Notes: a model not told the origin generated them from the sequence alone. A stretch of DNA of 64,000 nucleotides from Bacteroidota bacterium (GCA_016721305.1 JADKIH010000001.1:192091-256090), one strand, 5' to 3'. Positions 10,047-21,870 are shown, numbered from the stretch's first letter. A program made the numbers and translations.

Positions 10047-13000
10047 TTAGAATGTATCAAGGTCAAGCGGACGAATTACACCGAACCATTTAATTGTTTT
10101 CTCGCCAACACCATCGGCAGAGATATGAATGATGTACATACCGCTGGCAATTGGAACTCCTTTTGAATTCTTGAGATCCCAATCTTGCGATGATTCCAGA
10201 TTTTCTTCCGGATACACCGAACCGTCGGTATTGTTTTGTCCCACATCACGCTTGAACTGACGAACCAGTGTTCCTGATGGAGAATAAATTGAGATAGTAC
10301 ACTTGTTAGGCAGATTCACAATCTTCACGCGATTGTCGAGCTGGCCTGTTTCGTAACCTGAGTAAGCATAGTAAGGATTCGGAACTACGTTGATCAAATC
10401 CAATGCAGACTTCGCTACCTCCACTTGTTTTACCTGAGGAGCAAGATCGCGTGTGCTGAATTTGTAATAAGGATAGTTGTTGTTTGTAGTTGCAGTTCCT
10501 GTTGCATACTGACGGTATGGCTTAGTAACACGCAAACGTACTTTCAAATCAGAACTCAATAATGTTTGTCCCGGTGCTAATAATGGAACGCCTACCCACA
10601 TACAATCTTTCCAGATTTTCTTAGAAGTACGTTTTCCACCTGCTGTTCCGAGATTTAATCCCCAGAGATTGTCGCGAATGTATTTGCAACCATCGTAAGC
10701 AGGTCCCCAATATGTTGAATCGTATGGATTCACTGCTACACCTGTCGCTGAAACTGCAGCGCCTACTACATCATCTTGTTGCTTAGTCTTATTTGCAAAA
10801 ACATAGATGTAATGCTTTCCACCTGCAAGGAGAGATAAATTACCGCTGTTATCGAAGTTCCCGAAATTAGACGTCGGATTCCAAGCCATATCGTTTCCGT
10901 TATCGGAACTCAGATAGCTATCCTCACCAAATGCGATATTCAAACGCTCACCTGTTTCGAGGTTAATTGCATAACCGGGGAACCAAGAGTAACCATAATC
11001 AGTCGTATCATCGCTGTACGCAACATTAGTCACTCCATTGCTGCCATAATTGATGCTTTCCTTAATAGCACCTTTGTGCTTTCTGATCATACCGTGAATC
11101 TGATTTCCTTCAGTTACACCGGCATTTGTTCCTTCTTCGATTACAACGCAACGACTCCATTTTGACTTGTCGGTTGTGAAAACGATATCGACACTATTGA
11201 GATATTTAAGATCGTCGTAGATACAAGCAGAAGTAGAACCATAAGGGCTACCGGCACCATCACGGAAAGGAGCAGGACAAACGCGATCTCCATTGCTTGA
11301 GTTATTCACCAAGCGGAATGGCGCCCATGTACCTGTCAGGATTTTTCCATAGAAGTTGTTCGGATCCAATGATTCCGTTCCAACAAGATATGGCGCTGTT
11401 GCATTTTTACCTGCAATGATCCAATCGAGTTGTGTTGTGTTATTGAAGTTATCCAAATCAGGTATACCATTAAACCAACGGTTCGAAGTATTTGCATATT
11501 CTAGTACGCCTTCAATAAAACCATTTCCTTCGTTTACGGCTTCACCGGTATTTTTAACCTGGTTGATACTTACATAGAATCCGTAGTCAGAGAATAATTG
11601 ATCGTAAGGGTTTTCAATTGTCTTTTCAGATGTCACTGAAGTACCTGTTGTGAGATTCTTCAATACCCAGTTACCTGATGAAGCTACCGTATCGGTTAAG
11701 TACAATTCGAATTCAGCCGGAGCAACTTTCACAGGATCATATACACGGATATCGACCGGTCCTCTTCCTCTTTGATAAGTTGGATTGTAAATCTGATTCA
11801 CCGGATTTGAAGCCGAGAATAAAATGTTGTCGATCTGATCTTGTTTCAAATCAAGAGTTCCACGATCGCCACCTGTAACATAACCGTTACCCATACCTGT
11901 AAGGCGAGTAATTTCCGGACCGTCACCATAGCTTGTACTTAACACCAAACCTTGGTCTTCAGGAGATGAAATGTGTGGAATACCTGTTACGATATCAATC
12001 GCATTTCCAAATGCATTCTGACGGCTCTGAATGTATGGCTGACCATAAATTCCAGGAGGCATTGTATCAGGAATATCAGTTGGATTCAAATCTGCAAACG
12101 CATCATAACCATAAGCAATGGCCATGAAGTAATATGTCTTGTGATTCACTAATGTCGGATCACCTGTAGCAAACGCATCTGTTGTAACACGAAGCGTGTG
12201 ACGAAGACCATTGTCCTCACCTACTACCATTTCAGTTGGCACGAATGCATTAATGTTACCGTCGAGAACTGAGTTCACAATTTGAGAAACACCGTTCTTT
12301 AAGTCACACTGGAATACCAAACGAGCTTTGTCAGCATTTGTTAAATCGTTAACCGAAACTGACTCATCTTTCACCTGGAAGATTTTATAACCTTCGAAGC
12401 GGTAGATCGCAATTGGTGATGCAGGAATGTTTATGTCTTTCTCTGTGTAATTTTCTCCGGCGTTGTTAGAACCTGCAGGATTCGTTACAGAGAGAATCAA
12501 TTCTTTATCCAACTCACGAATAGAAACTACAGGAGCCTGTGGACCGTTCGCAACTTTAAAGCAAGATTCGAATAAGTTCTGTGCTTTCACATCGGCAAGT
12601 TTCACAAGCTTCACAGAAGCTTTAGGACCACCTGAAGAAGCACGCGCCCAAACCACACCCGTTGTGATGTAATTTACAGCACCCGGCTGAAGCGTGAACG
12701 CTCCTGCTGACTGAAGGAAACGACGATCACTCGGCTCATTCGGAACACTGCTGGATCCGGTTGGAGTTTCTTCTGTCCATACAAATGACTGAGGAACTCC
12801 GTGTGTACCGATGTTATCCGGATCACTTGTACCGGGGAACATGAAGTCACATGAATCGGCTCCGGGAGTCTGATAACCTGTACCACCATAAACCATCGGT
12901 GAGTTATCTCTCCAAATACCACGCAGGTAGTTGTAATATTCCTGTGCGTTTGTAGGGTTACCGTATTTTGTTCCGTCGTTATTATAGTAAACGAATTTTG

Positions 13001-14108
13001 ACATGATGATTTGCTCACCGATTTCATCGATTAAACCGTTACGGTTGTTATCGAGTCCGTCGCCTGTATCTGCTACCGGTCCTTCGAAGAAGTCCATACC
13101 TACAGCTGGCGGATTTAATCCGTAACCTAACGCGCCATCATCATCAGCATCTCCGTTGTAGCAGAAACCAAGTCCGCGTTCAACATCGCAACCAACATAG
13201 TCATCGAGGTAGTTACCCAAATCCGGATCTACCCAAGCACCGAAATAAGTGTTATTCAGCACTTGTGAAGCACGGTTGATAATTTTGTAACGATAGAAAG
13301 TCATGTTGTTGATCTCATCATTCGTATTGAAACCGAATGCCTGAGCCTGGATTTCCACACCAACAGCATATTGTGAATCTGTTTCTTTGTGAATGTTACC
13401 CACATCATTGAATACCCACCAGATCGTCTGATCACCTAAGAGCAAGCTCTTGTCGCAAGGATCTAAACTTCCGTCGACATTGTATTTCGGATAATCACCG
13501 TCGTTATAGTCATATACTCCATCACCTGCACGGTCATAGAACGGAGCCAATTGTAAGTCCTGGTGATAAGTAACTACATCACCATTTCCCGGCCAGTTCT
13601 TGATTACTTCAGGAATCGGGTAAGAAAGATTTCCATTCACCTGATATTCTTCGTGGAAGTTTTTCACATCCGCAAAAGAGATTTTGAAGTGCTTGTCATA
13701 TTTCAAACACTGATCAGCAGGAATAGTAACCGTTGTTACATCAACAGGTCCCGGCCAGAAATCACTTCCTGACTGACGATACGTCTGAGCAGCTACTTTA
13801 AGCTGTCCGGCAGCATCAGTACCACCTACCCAGATCGCTCCGGCAAACAATGAGTGCTTGCCTGATCCTACAGGAATTTCATACAAGGCATCACCTACGA
13901 GATCCCACCACATGTCACCGTTGATCCAGATCGGACAACGAACGTTATTCACGTCCAAATCTGCACGAGACTTAGAGGGAGCACAATTAGAGAAAACCTG
14001 ATTACCTTGCTGTGGCCCGCTGTAACGGTGACCATTCACATTTTCCTTTGCCACCGTAACGGAAGCCAGTCCCAGGAAAATCAGAGTTGTATATATATAT
14101 CTTTTCAT
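10047..14108 (-). CDS. Large secreted protein (1353 aa) with T9SS-CTD-like C-terminal domain; candidate PorU-like T9SS signal peptidase
   Basis: Signal peptide MKRYIYTTLIFLGLASVTVA. The C-terminus VVPNPYYAYSG...ISIYSPSGTLVRQFK...ASGMYIIHISADG..KTIKW fits the T9SS type-A CTD pattern. Sits directly upstream of the PorV-like gene. The peptidase domain cannot be confirmed by eye. Confidence 0.4.
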   Translation of the reverse strand: MKRYIYTTLIFLGLASVTVAKENVNGHRYSGPQQGNQVFSNCAPSKSRADLDVNNVRCPIWINGDMWWDLVGDALYEIPVGSGKHSLFAGAIWVGGTDAAGQLKVAAQTYRQSGSDFWPGPVDVTTVTIPADQCLKYDKHFKISFADVKNFHEEYQVNGNLSYPIPEVIKNWPGNGDVVTYHQDLQLAPFYDRAGDGVYDYNDGDYPKYNVDGSLDPCDKSLLLGDQTIWWVFNDVGNIHKETDSQYAVGVEIQAQAFGFNTNDEINNMTFYRYKIINRASQVLNNTYFGAWVDPDLGNYLDDYVGCDVERGLGFCYNGDADDDGALGYGLNPPAVGMDFFEGPVADTGDGLDNNRNGLIDEIGEQIIMSKFVYYNNDGTKYGNPTNAQEYYNYLRGIWRDNSPMVYGGTGYQTPGADSCDFMFPGTSDPDNIGTHGVPQSFVWTEETPTGSSSVPNEPSDRRFLQSAGAFTLQPGAVNYITTGVVWARASSGGPKASVKLVKLADVKAQNLFESCFKVANGPQAPVVSIRELDKELILSVTNPAGSNNAGENYTEKDINIPASPIAIYRFEGYKIFQVKDESVSVNDLTNADKARLVFQCDLKNGVSQIVNSVLDGNINAFVPTEMVVGEDNGLRHTLRVTTDAFATGDPTLVNHKTYYFMAIAYGYDAFADLNPTDIPDTMPPGIYGQPYIQSRQNAFGNAIDIVTGIPHISSPEDQGLVLSTSYGDGPEITRLTGMGNGYVTGGDRGTLDLKQDQIDNILFSASNPVNQIYNPTYQRGRGPVDIRVYDPVKVAPAEFELYLTDTVASSGNWVLKNLTTGTSVTSEKTIENPYDQLFSDYGFYVSINQVKNTGEAVNEGNGFIEGVLEYANTSNRWFNGIPDLDNFNNTTQLDWIIAGKNATAPYLVGTESLDPNNFYGKILTGTWAPFRLVNNSSNGDRVCPAPFRDGAGSPYGSTSACIYDDLKYLNSVDIVFTTDKSKWSRCVVIEEGTNAGVTEGNQIHGMIRKHKGAIKESINYGSNGVTNVAYSDDTTDYGYSWFPGYAINLETGERLNIAFGEDSYLSSDNGNDMAWNPTSNFGNFDNSGNLSLLAGGKHYIYVFANKTKQQDDVVGAAVSATGVAVNPYDSTYWGPAYDGCKYIRDNLWGLNLGTAGGKRTSKKIWKDCMWVGVPLLAPGQTLLSSDLKVRLRVTKPYRQYATGTATTNNNYPYYKFSTRDLAPQVKQVEVAKSALDLINVVPNPYYAYSGYETGQLDNRVKIVNLPNKCTISIYSPSGTLVRQFKRDVGQNNTDGSVYPEENLESSQDWDLKNSKGVPIASGMYIIHISADGVGEKTIKWFGVIRPLDLDTF

Positions 14109-14130
14109 CAGATAAGAGGGATTTTACAGA

Positions 14131-17100
14131 TTAGAAATTGATCATTACACCAAGATGGATACGACGTGGCAAGCTGTAGTTACTTGCATTATTTACCGCA
14201 ATGCGGTATAAGTCTACATATGCCTGAGGACTTACCTTCTGCGCAATAGAAGTCTGCGCACCCGGTGAATCGATGTAACCGTCGTCGCTCGGACTGCCGG
14301 TTGCTGCATAAACAGCAGAAACGTTTTGCGTGTTGAGAACGTTCAGCACCTGCAAGTACACATTACATGTAATTTCTTTTGGCTCTTTTCCTTCAGCTTT
14401 CTTTCCAAAACTGAGCGTGAAGTCTTTGTCGATCTTCGCGTCAATCTTGAACTGCCATGGATAACGTGAACCGTTGAGCGTTCCGGCAATTACTGAACGA
14501 CTGTTAGCCGTTGTTGTGAAGTCAGCCGTTGGAGTAATGTTCGACTTACGTGTATAAGGCGTACCTGAACCGGCACGGAATACGAGGTTCAATCCTGCGT
14601 TAGCAAAAATCTGCTTGTTGAACAGAACCGGTCCATTGTATTTCGTTCCTGATTCGTAACGGAAGTCGATTGATGTAACGAATGTGTGACGTTGATCGAA
14701 GCTCAAAGGCTTGATCTCACGAAGATTTGTTTGTCCTGCCTGAGAAAGGATACCTGAACTTGTGTTCGGATCAGAACCTGTACAATCAGCAAATTGTAAT
14801 GTGTAGCTGATGTTCATACGTACATTGCTCGTACGACGAAGGTCATAACCAAAAGTCAAACCTTTCACAGTACCAAAGTCGATGTTACCATATGTATTGT
14901 ACTTCACAGGGAAGGCGTAATCCAATGATGTAATCTGAACCATGTTTCTCAACTCACGATAGAATGCAGCAATAGAGAATGCAGAACTCTTAGATAATTT
15001 TTGTTTGAAGTTGATTTCGTAATCTGTAGTCGACTCCGGTTTCAGATTCGGATTTTCGAAAGTACCACCGATACCTTGTGACCAAGTATAATAAGTGATC
15101 GGATTGAAACGAACCAAACTTCCGTCTTGCGGACGTTGAGTGAGGATATCGTAGTGTGCCTGGAAGTATGCCTCATCCGAAATTGGGAATGAGAAAGCGA
15201 TACGTGGCATTACATTCACCTGAGGTGTGTAATCTTCGAATGCATTCGGATTAACAGTGTTGTTCTTGTAATCAGAATAGTTTGTCAACCAAGGCTGGAT
15301 ACCTCCTGTTGAAGTAAGTAATAAAGAAGAAAGATCAGTGATTGGAACACCGGCTTTGCTGTACCATTGGTTTCCGCTACGGTAACCTAGGATTTCAGTC
15401 GGAGCTTCTGAGTTGTTCACATACACTGCGAAATCGTTACCAATACTGCTAGGCACATCAGCATTGCTGAAGTTTGATGAATTAACATCGCCCGCTTTAT
15501 GAACCTCATATAATGAGTAACCGTCTTTCAACACTTTTTGATTCGCATCAAAACGATCTACACGTACACCGATATTAAAGATGATGTCGTTGTAAGTGAA
15601 TTTATCTTCGATATAACCGGCAAGGTAAGTTGGACGGAATGCGTCAACTTTACGTAACAGATTGTTTTTATCGTCGCGGTTAACATAGAAGTCGTTCAGA
15701 TCCCATGAAGCATTACCTGTCTGCATGTTACCTGTATAGTCGAAACCGTAGTAGTTAACCACCGGGTTTCCGCTGTTCAATAACTCATCAGGTGAAAACT
15801 GGCCCAGATTGAAAGTTGACGGATCGTAAGCATCTACCTGCACTGTATCGTGTACACTGATACCTAAGAGAGTACGAATTTCTTCATAAAATCCGGTGAT
15901 CGTTCCTTTACTGTGATCGTTCTCATCAAGATATGTCGGAGAATAAGCTCCATCTGCATAACTTGTATTTACATATGTTACACCACCTGATGTAAAGTAA
16001 GTTGTATTCGGATTTGATTTGTCGAATCCTGTAATCTTCTGATTCGCCAACTGACGCATAATAGTCCACAATGAGTTTGGAGCAACTGAATATCCGCGAT
16101 CGGTACGTTGTTCGTATTCGAGACCAATCTGAATGTTGTGCTTACCGATATCGGCCGAACCAGATGCACTTACGCGAACCTGGCTGTTATCGCTGATTGA
16201 ATAACCTGTACGAACACGACCCGGAGTTGCCCAGATACCGTAAACGTTCAATCCAACACGATTGTCACCATTAATCAAACCTCCCAATGCAGGGATGTTG
16301 AATAAAGTTGACTGATAAACAGAAGTACCAAAAGGATCTGTCAGATCATAATACTGACTTGTATAATTTGAAGTGTATGGGTTTTGAGTTCCCGGAACAA
16401 ATACAACGTGTGTATCGAGAACGGCAACTTGCTCCATAACCATAGTATCTCCCGCAAGATTCGGAGTAAACTGATATAATGGAATTGAAGATGCCTTGAA
16501 ATTTCCTACATAACCATAATCAAACAAACGATCTTTGTGAACATCGTTCTGAAGAACGGTATGCTCATTTGAATAGTCAGCCTGAATAGTATAATAGGCG
16601 TTCTTGATTACAGAAGCTGCGCTTTCCTTACCTTCTGAAGTGAATTTCTGACGAATCTTTGCAAATGCTCTCCAGTTAGTTGAAAGTCTTTGATTATTCT
16701 GATCATAATTCATCAAAGAATAAATGTCAGTATAGTCGTGGCCTCTTGTATCCTCAATAGAACCGCCTAAAGTAATATTCACGTTTTTTACCGGCTGAAT
16801 ATCAATTTTAGCATTCATACGAAGTGCGCGTGATGCTACATTCTCACGGTAGCTTTGAGTCGTTAATGAATCGTATGTAAAATAGTGTGAACGGTGAATG
16901 TAATTCACTCCGCCCGGTGCACGTACCAACGGATTCTGGCGAATATCTCCTAAGATTTCATCTTTTACTTTATAAACATCAATTGACGGAGGAGATGGAT
17001 CTTTGTCGTACTGATACTCACCGGCAATAAAGAAGCCTGCAATTGACTGGTCTGTTTTGTTTCCTGCCGAATCACGTGCCATTAAGATCGGACCTGTGAT

Positions 17101-17862
17101 ATCGAAGGAAGCAAGATTATATCCGTAATCATCCAAAAGAGTTGATGTAGCTAATTCAAGACCGCCGCCGAGTTCGTTTGAAGGACCACGCGTTGTTACA
17201 GAGATAACACCACCGGTCGCATCACCGATCGATGCAGGAATACCTCCGGTGATTACCGTGATCTGCTCTGTACCGTTCTTCGCTAGATTTGCGCCTCCAC
17301 GAACTTTTTGACCATCGACGATGTACTGAGTTCCGTCTGAACGGGAACCACGAATGTTTACGTCGCCACCATCATCCTTTTGGTACACACCGGCCTGTGT
17401 CGACGCAATTGTCTTTACATCACGGTTAGGTGCCTGCTGAATGTCTTCACGAGTAATTGTGGTGGCCGTCTTCGTATCACCTTTGTCGATTACCGGCACT
17501 TTATAGTCGGTAACTTCAATCTCTTTCAAAGTTAAACCTTTGCTGATAGTGAAGTTAACGAAAGTCATCTTGTCAAATGAGACCACAACCCCCTTCGTCA
17601 TTACCGGTTGGTAACCTACTACGGTAACCTTCACATCGTATGTTCCCGGAGTGATCGGCTTGATTGAATAGTTTCCGTCAAAGTCGGTCTGCGAACTTGT
17701 TACGATGTTATTCCCATTCAAAACAACTACGCTCGCAAAGGGCACCGGCTCTTTGCTGCCTTCTTTTTCAGTCACTTTACCGCGTATCTCCCCTGACTGC
17801 GCAAAGGCTGTCAGACCGAATAATATAAATACGACGAGTGGCAGGTATAATTTACGTCCCAT
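14131..17862 (-). CDS. TonB-dependent receptor-like outer-membrane protein with N-terminal carboxypeptidase-regulatory-like domain
   Basis: Signal peptide, then GEIRGKVTEKEG...PFASVVVLNGN (CarbopepD_reg-like), a plug-like region, a long beta-barrel, and a C-terminal ...GVMINF. Confidence 0.6.
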   Translation of the reverse strand: MGRKLYLPLVVFILFGLTAFAQSGEIRGKVTEKEGSKEPVPFASVVVLNGNNIVTSSQTDFDGNYSIKPITPGTYDVKVTVVGYQPVMTKGVVVSFDKMTFVNFTISKGLTLKEIEVTDYKVPVIDKGDTKTATTITREDIQQAPNRDVKTIASTQAGVYQKDDGGDVNIRGSRSDGTQYIVDGQKVRGGANLAKNGTEQITVITGGIPASIGDATGGVISVTTRGPSNELGGGLELATSTLLDDYGYNLASFDITGPILMARDSAGNKTDQSIAGFFIAGEYQYDKDPSPPSIDVYKVKDEILGDIRQNPLVRAPGGVNYIHRSHYFTYDSLTTQSYRENVASRALRMNAKIDIQPVKNVNITLGGSIEDTRGHDYTDIYSLMNYDQNNQRLSTNWRAFAKIRQKFTSEGKESAASVIKNAYYTIQADYSNEHTVLQNDVHKDRLFDYGYVGNFKASSIPLYQFTPNLAGDTMVMEQVAVLDTHVVFVPGTQNPYTSNYTSQYYDLTDPFGTSVYQSTLFNIPALGGLINGDNRVGLNVYGIWATPGRVRTGYSISDNSQVRVSASGSADIGKHNIQIGLEYEQRTDRGYSVAPNSLWTIMRQLANQKITGFDKSNPNTTYFTSGGVTYVNTSYADGAYSPTYLDENDHSKGTITGFYEEIRTLLGISVHDTVQVDAYDPSTFNLGQFSPDELLNSGNPVVNYYGFDYTGNMQTGNASWDLNDFYVNRDDKNNLLRKVDAFRPTYLAGYIEDKFTYNDIIFNIGVRVDRFDANQKVLKDGYSLYEVHKAGDVNSSNFSNADVPSSIGNDFAVYVNNSEAPTEILGYRSGNQWYSKAGVPITDLSSLLLTSTGGIQPWLTNYSDYKNNTVNPNAFEDYTPQVNVMPRIAFSFPISDEAYFQAHYDILTQRPQDGSLVRFNPITYYTWSQGIGGTFENPNLKPESTTDYEINFKQKLSKSSAFSIAAFYRELRNMVQITSLDYAFPVKYNTYGNIDFGTVKGLTFGYDLRRTSNVRMNISYTLQFADCTGSDPNTSSGILSQAGQTNLREIKPLSFDQRHTFVTSIDFRYESGTKYNGPVLFNKQIFANAGLNLVFRAGSGTPYTRKSNITPTADFTTTANSRSVIAGTLNGSRYPWQFKIDAKIDKDFTLSFGKKAEGKEPKEITCNVYLQVLNVLNTQNVSAVYAATGSPSDDGYIDSPGAQTSIAQKVSPQAYVDLYRIAVNNASNYSLPRRIHLGVMINF

Positions 17863-17953
17863 GTGTATATATTGATTTTGTTAAAATTTCGTTAATAAGG
17901 GTGGTAAAAGTATAAATTGAATAATAAAAACCAAAACAAATTTTCAATGCCCC

Positions 17954-18002
17954 GAAACCCGCTCCGGATGCGGGTTTCAGCCATGCAGGGTTTACCTGCA
18001 TG
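17954..18002. promoter_or_regulatory. Two adjacent GC-rich hairpins in the divergent intergenic region between the TonB-like receptor and smc
   Basis: gaaacccgc-tccggat-gcgggtttc (9-bp stem) and catgcagg-gttta-cctgcatg (8-bp stem); no adjacent T-run. Confidence 0.35.
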
Positions 18003-18314
18003 GGCACCGCCAAGGGTCCGGAATGTTGCGAATGTGTTAAACTACTGATAATCTTCGACTTCGCCGAAAATAACCCGCGGTTTGTGTATTCAGGAACTAA
18101 AAAGTTAGGTATAAATGTCATCAAATGTTGGGATTTGATGCCGAAATATCGGCAGATGGCTTTAAATCTCTGTCAGATAACCGTCATTCCTCCCTTTTTA
18201 ACATGAAGCGAAGCCAACCCGGCTGTACACAATTTTTTATGAGTTATTAACAATTCTGGCTTACCGAGGTAAATAAATTATTTTGCGGTTAATCAAAGAA
18301 ACACTGAATTTTTT

Positions 18315-21300
18315 ATGCGCTTAACCAGTCTCGAAATTAAAGGATTTAAAAGCTTCGGCGACAAAGTGTCGATACACTTTGACAAAGGTGTTACGTCGAT
18401 CGTAGGACCGAACGGAAGTGGTAAATCCAATGTGGTGGATTCGATCCGATGGGTACTCGGGGAACAAAAAACACGTATGCTTCGCTCAGAGAAAATGGAG
18501 AATATCATTTTCAACGGAAATAAAAACCGTAAACCTGCCAGCCTCGCCGAAGTTTCTCTCTCGTTTGAAAATACCAAGAACATCCTCCCTACTGAATATA
18601 GTACTGTAACTATTACCCGTCGTCTGTACAGAACCGGTGAAAGTGAGTACTTACTCAATAATGTTACGTGCCGTCTGAAAGATATCACTGACCTTTTCCT
18701 CGATACAGGTATCGGCTCCGATAGCTATGCCATTATCGAATTGAAAATGGTCGATGAAATTCTCAACGACAAAAACAATGCGATCAAAAATCTGCTCGAA
18801 GAAGCAGCCGGTATCTCTAAGTATAAGATCCGCAAAAAACAAACGCTGCAGAAGCTCGAAGATACCGACACTGATTTAAAACGTGTCGATGACTTACTCT
18901 TCGAAATCGAGCGTAATATGAAACAGCTCGAATCGCAGGCAAAGAAAACAGAACGTTACTACCGACTGAAAGAACAATATAAAGAGTTGTCGACAGAACT
19001 GGCTCTCTTTACTATCTCCGGAAGCAAGAAAACTTTCGATGAACTTCAAAAACAGGAAGCTCATCAGCAGGAAGAGAAAATCGGGCTCGATACGCAAATG
19101 GATACGCTTGAAGCAGAATTGCAACAAGTGAAACTCCTTGCACTCGACAAAGAAAAGAACTATCCGAATCACAAAAGATTCTGAACGATAAAGTTGCTTT
19201 TATCCGTCAGCAGGAAAACGATAAAAAAGTCAGCAATGAAAAACTGACGCACCTTCGCGATAAAGAGGGCTCTCTAACCAATCAACTCACTGCCGATAAA
19301 ACAAATCTGATCGCTACTCAGGATCAGCTGAAACAACTCGACGAAGATCGCTTCAACGAAGAAATCCTCCTCGAGACTTTGCAAAATCAGCTGACTGAAT
19401 TGAAAACGGCTCTCGACGAGACTCGTCTTCGCCACGATCAGATGAATAGTGATATCAACCAGCAAACTTCCGAAGCACAAGGCATTCAATTATCAATGCA
19501 CGAGTCGGAAAAAAGTCTGGCTGTTACTCAGGCAAAGAAAGAATCGCTTCAAAAAGAAATCGATCGCCTTTCTAACGATACTACTGAAAAGCAAATCGAG
19601 CACGACGATCTGCATGCAAAAGCAGAATCGAGCCGTCAACTTAAAGAAGAGAAAGAACAAGGTCTTCGTTCGCTTCACGAAAACGAAGAGAATCTTACTT
19701 CCGACATCATTCGTCTCGACGAAGAATTAAAGAAATATACCGAAGAAGTAATTTCTGAAGGACGAAAACTCGATGCGAAACAGAACGAATACAATCTGAC
19801 TAAGAGTCTTCTCGAAAACTTAGAAGGTTATCCTGAATCGCTCCGTTACCTGCGTAAGAACTCTCCTACGGCCGGTCGTGCTCCTCTCCTATCTGAAATC
19901 CTGAACTGTCAGGCGGAATACAAATCGGCAATCGAAAACTACCTCGATCCGTACATGAACTACTTCGTAATCGAGAATATCGACGAAGCCAGTCGTGTCG
20001 TAAATCTCCTCAGCGAAGCAGCCAAAGGAAGAGCAAACTTCTTTATCCTTAAAAATTTCGAAGAGCATGCAAGCTACTCTCCAGAGACTTACTCTGATTG
20101 TGTTCCTGCTCTTCACATCATCGACATCGAAGAAAAATACCGCCCACTGTGTCAGTATCTTCTCCGCAATGTTTATGTAGTTACCGATAATCAGGAGAAC
20201 ACGCCTTTATTCAAAAGGACAATGCTTCTTCTATCTTCATCTCTCAGAACGGTAAATATTGCCGCACACGTCATTCACTTTCGGGCGGATCTGTCGGCCT
20301 GTTCGACGGAAAACGTATCGGTCGTGCTAAGCATCTCGAAAATCTTTCGAAAGAAATCGGTACTCATTCTGCCGAACTCGAGCGTACAAAAGAACGTCGT
20401 GATGAGGTTCAGAATGCATTGCAAACAGCTAAGCAATCAAAAGAAAAGCTTACTTCTGAGAAAAATCGTCTTAACCAGGAAGTCAATAAGGCTACGCACG
20501 AACATTCTTCACTGAAGAACAAAGCGGAACACCTATTTACTTCTGTTGAAAACAACAAAAAGATCGTTGAAGGACTTTACATGCAATTGCATGCCATTGA
20601 TGATACGCTTCAGCAGAACAATCTGACTTTCCAGGAGCACTTATTGCAACTCCGCATTCAGCACGATAATATCACGGCTAGGTTAACATCTCTCCAGGCA
20701 GATTTCAATACTCTGACGGAGGAAATGAATGCTCAAAGCAATAATTACAATCAGCACAATATCCAGTGTATCCAGCAGCAAAACAAAATTGCCAATCTCG
20801 TTCGCGACCAATCGTACAAGATGCAATTGCAGGAAACACTCAATAAGAATATCGTTACCAATAACGAAGAACTTGAGCAGGTTCAGCAGCGCATCCGCGA
20901 ATTGCTCGAATCGTCGACTGATTTCGACTCTCAACTTATTGGACTATATGCAGAGAAAGAACTTCTTGATCAAAGCGTAGCCGCCGTTGAAGCCGAATAT
21001 TTCAAATCACGTGGTGCTATCGACGAACTCGAAGGTCGTATCCGTACCATCCGCCACAGCCGCGAACAATCTGAACAGATTGCCCTTGCCGTGAAGGACA
21101 AAACGATGGAACTGAAAATCCAGTTGAACTCTCTAAAAGAGCGTCTGAGCGTCGAATTCAATATCGACATCAACGATATCATCGAAAAAGACCCTAATCC
21201 GGAACTTAACGAAGATGAGCTGAAAGAAAAAGTAGCTAAGCAAAAAGGCCAGCTCGACAATTACGGTCCGATTAACCCGATGGCTGTTGAGGCTTATACT

Positions 21301-21870
21301 GAAATCAATGAACGCCATACCTTCATTATTACGCAGAAGGAAGACTTAGCCAAAGCGAAAGAATCGTTGCTCAAAACGATCGAAGAAATCGAGCTGACTG
21401 CAAAGGACAACTTCATGCAGGCCTTTACGATGATTCGCGAGAACTTCATCCACGTATTCCGCTCCCTCTTTACTCAGGACGATGATTGTGATCTGGTACT
21501 CATGGATCCATCGAATCCGACAGAAAGCGACGTACAAATCATTGCCAAGCCAAAAGGAAAACGTCCATTATCGATCAGCCAGCTTTCCGGTGGAGAGAAG
21601 ACGCTGACGGCTACGGCCCTCCTCTTCGGTATCTACTTATTGAAGCCGGCTCCGTTCTGTATCTTCGATGAGGTTGACGCGCCTTTGGATGACATGAACA
21701 TCGATAAGTTCAATAACATCATCCGCAAGTTCTCTAAGGACTCTCAATTCATCATCATCACGCACAATAAGCGTACGATGGCAGCTACCGACATCATGTA
21801 CGGTATCACGATGGTTGAGCAAGGAGTTACTCAGGTTGTACCGGTCGACTTAACTGAGATGGTTGAATAG
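18315..21870 (+). CDS. smc: Chromosome segregation protein SMC, broken into 3 consecutive ORFs (18315..19184, 19379..20515, 20419..21870)
   Basis: N-terminal Walker A (MRLTSLEIKGFKSFGDKV...GPNGSGKSNVVDSIRWVLGEQ), long coiled coils, C-terminal signature LSGGEKTLTATALLFGIYLLKPAPFCIFDEVDAPLDD. Confidence 0.85.

Noticed and set aside
17852-18206. ORFs 17852..18124 (-) and 18000..18206 (+) in the TonB-receptor/smc intergenic region
   Set aside because: Overlap the hairpin and promoter region, have low-complexity composition and no start context; likely non-coding.
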